DNA of 33,127 nucleotides from a virus (Duplodnaviria; Heunggongvirae; Uroviricota; Caudoviricetes): IMG/VR virus record IMGVR_UViG_2534682108_000003, positions 1 to 33,127 of that record; one strand, 5' to 3'. Shown piece by piece: positions 28,709 to 33,127 of this stretch (position 1 is its first letter; each line of letters starts with the position of its first letter). The notes under the pieces were generated by a model. It saw only the letters and a program-made list of their open reading frames with translations, ran no database searches and was not told where the DNA came from. The position numbers and the translations under genes were made by a program.

Positions 28709-29246
28709 GCTCCTTCAGTTTCTCTTCAAGTAACTCTTCTGACATATCGGCATAACGAACAGGCCCGCCATCAGCGCCAGTTATTTCTGTAGATGTTTGC
28801 TCTTTAAACGCCTGAACAGAAACATGCTTACCAAGAAGTTCGAGATTTTTGACCTTATCAGGCCATTTGATTTTCTTCAGGAGAGCAGCGCTATCAGCAG
28901 ATGCCATCTCGACGACATCCATACCCGATAGAGTCGTTCTCCATACTTTGGGCCAGTCTTTAATCGGCTTCAGTTCGCCATTGGCAAGCAGAATGTCAAG
29001 CACGTCCATCTGATCGATTTCAGTCAGCCGTCGCAATACATAGGCAGCGTCTATACCTACCTCTTCATTGCGTTCAGCCTTTAGCTCAGCAATGCGATCT
29101 GCTATGTCAGGTTTTGACAGGTTCTCGCTACCAGTGGAGCGAGCAGTTTTCTCGCTGTAACCCGCCCTGATAGCTGCCTGAGTGGCGTTTAAATCTTTCA
29201 GGTACTCACGGGCAAACAGCTCTTGTTTGTCGGTGAGCTTTGCCAT
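28656..29246 (-). CDS. terminase small subunit
   Basis: 196-aa ORF with N-terminal HTH-like segment (ELFAREYLKDLNATQAAIRAGYS), immediately upstream of and overlapping the large subunit gene. Confidence 0.6.
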   Translation of the reverse strand: MAKLTDKQELFAREYLKDLNATQAAIRAGYSEKTARSTGSENLSKPDIADRIAELKAERNEEVGIDAAYVLRRLTEIDQMDVLDILLANGELKPIKDWPKVWRTTLSGMDVVEMASADSAALLKKIKWPDKVKNLELLGKHVSVQAFKEQTSTEITGADGGPVRYADMSEELLEEKLKELGNGRRSNQLESKRSDL

Positions 29247-29547
29247 TATTTGTGCTCCGTTTATCCGTTAAAAGGGATATCAGTTAAGTTATCCCGTGTA
29301 GGGTATAAGCCATTGTCGAGACCACTCATTGAATGGTCTCTGCAATAACCGATGTCTTTCCATCAGTCCGCCACCACAAAGAATCTTTTTTGCCATAAGG
29401 CAGGAGGTTCATCTTTCAGTGGCTGCCAGTGTTATTTCCCCACTTTCTGGCTTGGGTTGTTTCGCTGTACTGCCGTAACTGGTTTCCCAGAATAAATTCT
29501 GGTTTCATTATCAAGCCCACCCGTAGATAGGCTTTGTAATGACATCT

Positions 29548-30072
29548 TCAATTAATCAGCAGTTCAGGCTGTGTCACCTGCAAGATGTATTCATGCTCGA
29601 CAGCCAGGACACGCTTCTCTTTCTTCCGTTCGTTCATTAACCGACTGCCGATCGTACCTTTCAGCTTTGAGCGTGTTTCTTTGATGGCGTAGCGGTGCTG
29701 CATTTCTTCGCCAATTGCCATGCGGCGGCTCAGTTGCTCTGCCATCCAGTTGAATGCTGCGATATAGCTCTCCTTGATTGCCGCAGCAGCTTTCCCGGTG
29801 AACCCCATCACAACCATGATCCAGCCATCTTTCGTCAGGCTGTACATCGGGCGAACCTTGCCCTGCTCATCGATATAATCAGCCGACGCAAAATTGCGTT
29901 GGCTAAACTCACGCGAGCAATCAGCCTTAACCTGCTCGATTTTCCTGAGAACATCACCGTGTCGCTTGCCGAAGTACTTGGCAATTTTTCTGGATGTGGT
30001 AACGACCTCTCCGTTTTTGGCTTGCACCATTTCTCGGAAGTCGAAGGCTGGAATAACTGAATGATTATTCAT
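29548..30072 (-). CDS. phage regulatory protein Rha-like
   Basis: ATG at 30072 (MNNHSVIPAFDFREMVQAKNGEVVTTSRKIAKYFGKRHGDVLRKIEQ...), N-terminus as I recall for Rha family; the track ORF to 30315 begins with TTG and is rejected. Confidence 0.55.
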   Translation of the reverse strand: MNNHSVIPAFDFREMVQAKNGEVVTTSRKIAKYFGKRHGDVLRKIEQVKADCSREFSQRNFASADYIDEQGKVRPMYSLTKDGWIMVVMGFTGKAAAAIKESYIAAFNWMAEQLSRRMAIGEEMQHRYAIKETRSKLKGTIGSRLMNERKKEKRVLAVEHEYILQVTQPELLIN

Positions 30073-30414
30073 AGCGTCTTTACCTTTTAGAAAGTGAGCC
30101 TGTCTCACAGAAAAGCCGCCCGAGAGAGGTCGCCACCTATAACGGCATTTCTCAGGCTCGCTTACTGAAAGGCTCTCGTTAATATGCGCGTGAGATGCGC
30201 TGTGAAATTCAGATATAAAAATCCCCGCGAATGCGAGGCTAAATCCTGGTATTTGTAATAAACTGGCTCTTATCTCAACGCAGCCCCTTACCGCGCGCCA
30301 GATGCTCAACTTCAAGCATCAGCAATGAGATGTTTAATCTGGATTCACTCCAGAAGTGATCACCACCCTGTCTACAGAGCCAGATGTGAAGGATGATGAG
30401 TAAAATTATCGCTA

Positions 30415-30852
30415 TCATCGAAGGCATTGCGTCCTGATGTATTCCTGCAGGTAGTTAACCTGCGCGGTTATCTTGTCGATTCCACTTCGGAGACGGTAAT
30501 AATTGAGTTCAGCATCTGCTGTAAGTCTTGGGCTTTCTCCATCGCCCATGCTGCTGGCTCCGGTCGTTGACTTTGCACAGGTGGCGGCGACTTGCAGGCG
30601 CTTACGACCAGCAGAAACATCAGCACGGAGACTTTCGATAGTCGCGTTAGCATCAGCAAGCTCCTTTGTGTATCTGGCGTCGAGTTCTGCTACATCACGT
30701 TGACGCTTCTGCATGTCAGCGATAGTGGATGCGGCTTTGTCGCGCTGGGCTTTGTAGGTAATGGCGTTATCACGGTAATGATTAACAGCCCATGACAGGC
30801 AGACGATGATGCAGATAACCAGAGCGGAAATAATCGCGGTTAATCTGTTCAT
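30415..30852 (-). CDS. Rz: i-spanin Rz
   Basis: 145-aa ORF; N-terminus [39 protein letters not shown] nearly identical to lambda Rz as I recall it; overlaps the endolysin stop. Confidence 0.85.
   Translation of the reverse strand: MNRLTAIISALVICIIVCLSWAVNHYRDNAITYKAQRDKAASTIADMQKRQRDVAELDARYTKELADANATIESLRADVSAGRKRLQVAATCAKSTTGASSMGDGESPRLTADAELNYYRLRSGIDKITAQVNYLQEYIRTQCLR
30468..30659 (-). CDS. Rz1: o-spanin Rz1 (lipoprotein embedded in Rz in another frame)
   Basis: 63-aa ORF entirely inside Rz; signal peptide with lipobox (LLVVSAC) followed by a Pro-rich stretch, the classic embedded Rz1 arrangement. Confidence 0.7.
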   Translation of the reverse strand: MLMLTRLSKVSVLMFLLVVSACKSPPPVQSQRPEPAAWAMEKAQDLQQMLNSIITVSEVESTR

Positions 30853-31325
30853 GCCTCAATCTCTCTGACCGTTCCGCCCGCTTCTTTGAATTTTGCAATC
30901 AGGCTGTCAGCCTTATGCTCGAACTGACCATAACCAGCGCCCGGCAGTGAAGCCCAGATATTGCTGCAACGGTCGATTGCCTGACGGATATCACCGCGAT
31001 CAATCATCGGTAAAGCGCCACGCTCTTTAATCTGCTGCAATGCCACAGCGTCCTGGCTTTTCGGAGAGAAGTCTTTCAGGCCAAGCTGCTTGCGATAGGC
31101 ATCCCACCAACGGGAAAGAAGTTGGTAACGTCCGGCGGCTGTTGATTTGAGTTTTGGGTTTAGCGTGACAAGTTTGCGAGGGTGATCGGAGTAATCAGTG
31201 AATAGCTCTCCTCCTACAATGACGTCATAACCATGATTTCTGGTTTTCTGCCGTCCGTTATCAGTTCCCTCTGACCACGCCAGCATATCGAGGAACGCCT
31301 TACGTTGATTATTGATTTCCACCAT
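30849..31325 (-). CDS. R: endolysin (lambda R-type lytic transglycosylase)
   Basis: 158-aa product [35 protein letters not shown]... matches lambda R almost residue for residue from memory. Confidence 0.9.
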   Translation of the reverse strand: MVEINNQRKAFLDMLAWSEGTDNGRQKTRNHGYDVIVGGELFTDYSDHPRKLVTLNPKLKSTAAGRYQLLSRWWDAYRKQLGLKDFSPKSQDAVALQQIKERGALPMIDRGDIRQAIDRCSNIWASLPGAGYGQFEHKADSLIAKFKEAGGTVREIEA

Positions 31326-31632
31326 CTTCTACTCCGGCTTTTTTAGCAGCGAAGCGTTTGATAAGCGAACCAATCGAGTCAGTACCGATGTAGCCGATGA
31401 ACACGCTCGTTATATAAGCGAGATTGCTACTTAGTCCGGCGAAGTCGAGAAGGTCACGAATGAACCAGGCGATAATGGCGCACATCGTTGCGTCGATTAC
31501 TGTTTTTGTAAACGCACCGCCATTATATCTGCCGCGAAGGTACGCCATTGCAAACGCAAGGATTGCCCCGATGCCTTGTTCCTTTGCCGCGAGAATGGCG
31601 GCTAACAGGTCATGTTTTTCTGGCATCTTCAT
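31309..31632 (-). CDS. S: holin (lambda S-type, class I) with dual-start motif
   Basis: 107-aa product [39 protein letters not shown]... matches lambda S; Met1-Lys2-Met3 dual start. Confidence 0.9.
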   Translation of the reverse strand: MKMPEKHDLLAAILAAKEQGIGAILAFAMAYLRGRYNGGAFTKTVIDATMCAIIAWFIRDLLDFAGLSSNLAYITSVFIGYIGTDSIGSLIKRFAAKKAGVEDGGNQ

Positions 31633-31874
31633 GTCTTACCCACAATAAGGGGATTTGCTCTATTTAATTAGGAATAATGTCGATTACTGATAGAACAAAT
31701 CCAGGCTACTGTGTTTAGTAATCAGATTTGTTCGTGACCGATATGCACGGGCAAAACGGCAGGAGGTTGTTAGCGCAGCCTCTTGCCACCCGCTTTCACG
31801 AAGGTCATGCGTAGAATGCCGCAGCGTAACTATCACTGATGAATTCAGGACATCCAGTGGCTACGGCTCAGTTA

Positions 31875-31950
31875 TGGTGCTGGTTAACGGACTTGAACCG
31901 CTACCCATTCGCTTACAAGGCGACCGCTCTACCATTGGAGCTAAACCAGC
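31875..31950 (-). tRNA. phage-encoded tRNA-Thr (anticodon TGT)
   Basis: 76 nt on minus strand: perfect 7-bp acceptor stem GCTGGTT/AACCAGC, D-stem GCTC/GAGC, anticodon loop CTTGTAA, T-arm AGCGG-TTCAAGT-CCGTT, discriminator A then CCA; one mismatch at the top of the anticodon stem. Confidence 0.55.
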
Positions 31951-31955
31951 ATATT

Positions 31956-32030
31956 TGGCGGGACAGCGTGGACTCGAACCACGATAAGAAGGTTAACAGC
32001 CTTCCGTAATGACCTTTATACGACTGACCC
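31956..32030 (-). tRNA. phage-encoded tRNA-Asn (anticodon GTT), possibly degenerate
   Basis: 75 nt on minus strand: anticodon stem GAAGG/CCTTC perfect, loop CTGTTAA, T-arm CGTGG-TTCGAGT-CCACG, 3' GCCA; one mismatch each in acceptor and D stems. Confidence 0.45.
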
Positions 32031-32121
32031 AAATAAAAAAAGCCACCGTTGCAACTTAAGAGTCACTAACGGCAGCTTATGCGAATAGTGTTGCTCATTT
32101 GCTCAATGATGTCAACACGTT

Positions 32122-32610
32122 CTATGCTACATGTTTAATTTTCTCTACACGTTTCCGGTTTTTAAACGCACTATCCAGAACCGGGTAAATCATAAACAAC
32201 GAGGCATTGAGGATTTCGTCAACTTCCCGTCGACAGGTTGCGAGCGATGGTTTTTGAATGCGCCCGCCGCCCCGGCATAACATCTTGCGAGGTCTTGCGA
32301 CGCGATGATAGTAAGATGCAATGGCGTGCTTGGAAGAGCCGTGGGCGTAGTAGCTGAGGAGGATGCCAAAGGCTTTCTTGTCAATGTACATGACGGAATC
32401 GACGACCTGAGAAATCAACATTCCATCATCATCATTACACATTGGCCTTGTCATAACTCTTCCCGGCTCTACGCTCTCCATGAACTTAGCTATTACGCTG
32501 CTCATGCGCTTTTCCAGACGACCTGAATAAACCCATGCGCCCCACAGTTCAAGCCAGCCATTCAGCCACTCGTGCTGTTCTTTGGTGAGGTTTAGTTCTC
32601 TTATGCCCAT
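32122..32610 (-). CDS. late-gene antiterminator Q (phage 21 / QuuD-like family)
   Basis: 162-aa ORF; WGAW and C-x-DDD motifs ([11 protein letters not shown]...[13 protein letters not shown]) resembling Q of the QuuD family; start ATG overlaps the stop of the phosphatase gene as in the lambda nin-Q junction; precedes the tRNAs and lysis cassette. Confidence 0.65.
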   Translation of the reverse strand: MGIRELNLTKEQHEWLNGWLELWGAWVYSGRLEKRMSSVIAKFMESVEPGRVMTRPMCNDDDGMLISQVVDSVMYIDKKAFGILLSYYAHGSSKHAIASYYHRVARPRKMLCRGGGRIQKPSLATCRREVDEILNASLFMIYPVLDSAFKNRKRVEKIKHVA

Positions 32611-33038
32611 GCGCCTTCTCCCTGTACCTGAATCAATGTGAGGTTTCCGCAGAACACTGCGCCGGTATCGATATACATCTGGTTGGCAAACTTGAGTGGT
32701 TTCACTGCTGGCGTATGACCAAAGATGAACGTGTCCGCGCCTTTGATTTCTTTCACGATCCCGTCTTGTGAGTTGCTGATTCGTTCGCGGTTCCAGATTA
32801 CCTGCTGATGATCAACTGGCTTTCCAAACTCGTATTCGTCACAAGGATAATCGGCGTGGCAGATGACATATTTTTTATCTTTGCTCACCAGTTCGATGAT
32901 TAACGGAAGTTCATCTGCTTTATGGGCAAGAGCTTTAGCCAGAATTTCTTTGTCGTAATCGAGATTAAAGAACCATCCACCGCCATTAAGCATCCAGTGA
33001 TTGACGTTTCCGCGCTCTGATAAGCCATCAATCATCAT
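32601..33038 (-). CDS. Ser/Thr protein phosphatase (lambda NinI/PPase-like), C-terminal 145 aa; N-terminal part not in frame within the window
   Basis: Product [65 protein letters not shown]...[10 protein letters not shown]...[16 protein letters not shown] matches the C-terminal two thirds of lambda phosphatase from memory; an in-frame TGA lies 9 codons upstream of the first ATG, just before the GNHE motif. Confidence 0.6.
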   Translation of the reverse strand: MMIDGLSERGNVNHWMLNGGGWFFNLDYDKEILAKALAHKADELPLIIELVSKDKKYVICHADYPCDEYEFGKPVDHQQVIWNRERISNSQDGIVKEIKGADTFIFGHTPAVKPLKFANQMYIDTGAVFCGNLTLIQVQGEGAWA

Positions 33039-33127
33039 TTGCTCATGGTTTCCATGTAGTGGTCAACAAAAACTGGCCACCGCTTTAGAGTTTTTCCAGT
33101 ATCGGTTTTCCGATTCATTTGGTGGCA

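Noticed and set aside
30073-30315. N-terminal extension of the Rha ORF (track start 30315)
   Set aside because: Begins with TTG, has no SD, and the conserved Rha N-terminus starts at the ATG at 30072.
31640-31870. Possible third tRNA downstream of the tRNA-Thr gene
   Set aside because: No T-loop (GTTCGA-type) motif or acceptor-stem complementarity found by eye; only an unrelated 9-bp inverted repeat (GAACAAATC...GATTTGTTC).
1-33127. Insertion sequences and transposases
   Set aside because: No transposase-like ORF or terminal inverted repeat pair identified; mobility genes present are the two tyrosine integrases only.

Overview
This window is horizontally acquired DNA on both sides of an argW-type tRNA-Arg(CCU) gene (3424-3498, + strand). 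LEFT of the tRNA (1-3250) is a remnant integrative island: an AlpA/Xis-like regulator, a frameshifted P4-type tyrosine integrase, and between them a tightly coupled, AT-rich three-gene operon (a 290-aa soluble protein plus two small membrane proteins) with no recognisable homology. That operon is my best candidate for an undescribed accessory or defence-like system. RIGHT of the tRNA (3499 to the window end) is a mosaic temperate prophage that continues past the right edge. It starts with an IntS-like integrase at the tRNA 3' end; the remaining genes are almost all on the minus strand. In coordinate order they are: tail-fibre assembly and tail fibre, baseplate genes, an inserted P22 immI-like module (Arc-like and Mnt-like repressors with two antirepressors) together with a P63C-like protein and a divergent secreted-protein gene, tape measure with a lytic-transglycosylase domain, tail chaperones, tube and sheath (contractile tail), head-completion proteins, major capsid, scaffold, Mu-F-like head morphogenesis protein, portal, terminase large and small subunits, a Rha regulator, a lambda-type lysis cassette (S, R, Rz with embedded Rz1), two tandem phage tRNAs (Asn-GUU, Thr-UGU), a Q antiterminator, and the C-terminal part of a lambda NinI-like phosphatase. 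All calls come from reading the ORF translations and the DNA by eye; no searches were run.
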